Assembly: GCA_020536535.1 (NCBI GenBank)
Contig: JAHLWZ010000911.1
Location: 1 to 50,458, forward strand
DNA length: 50,458 nt
Origin: Pelomyxa schiedti
Lineage: Eukaryota; Protista; Evosea
Direction of reading: 5' to 3'
The notes beneath the pieces are model-generated. The model was not told where the DNA came from. It ran no database searches and worked only from the letters and a program-made list of their open reading frames with translations. Each line of letters begins with the position of its first letter. Position 1 is the first letter of the stretch. This document shows, piece after piece, positions 50,431 through 50,458 of the stretch. The translations under genes and the position numbers were made by a program.

Positions 50431-50458
50431 ATGGGGTTTTCTGTGAAAAAAAAATGTG

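Noticed and set aside
50341-50458. Possible telomeric repeat or CRISPR-like array at the window end
   Set aside because: The units are irregular, occur in both orientations and lack regular spacers; kept only as a motif cluster.

Overview
This is gene-dense eukaryotic nuclear DNA, not prokaryotic. About 23 protein-coding genes lie on both strands, most broken by short (~36-80 nt) GT-AG introns with degenerate 5' sites, so the ORF track shows only exon fragments. Gene content and style (Dictyostelium-like Skp1, Rac paralogues, the basal-body protein SSNA1, kinase+Sel1 and 'VSPTLG' hypothetical families) suggest a flagellated amoebozoan, plausibly an archamoeba such as Pelomyxa; this is inference from memory, not verified. 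Recognisable genes are Skp1, SSNA1, transportin, Rac, a GMAP-210/Rud3-type golgin, a BRO1 protein, phospholipase B-like, nucleoside hydrolase, a CDKN3-like phosphatase, a GH3 glycosidase and a vWA protein. The unusual items are a cytosolic lectin-like beta-propeller fused to a RING, a TRIM-like protein with a prokaryote-style glycine-rich C-terminus, a UIM-BRCT-PARP-like protein, a possible pseudokinase-Sel1-kinase-kinase fusion, an atypical Rho without CAAX, a transportin with a short H8 loop, a Crinkler-like NTPase and an intronless prokaryote-like gene. Two 100-N scaffold gaps are each flanked by 121-nt duplicates (assembly artefacts). No rRNA, tRNA, CRISPR array or transposon was recognised. 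Gene models were spliced by hand and family calls come from motif recognition, not database searches.
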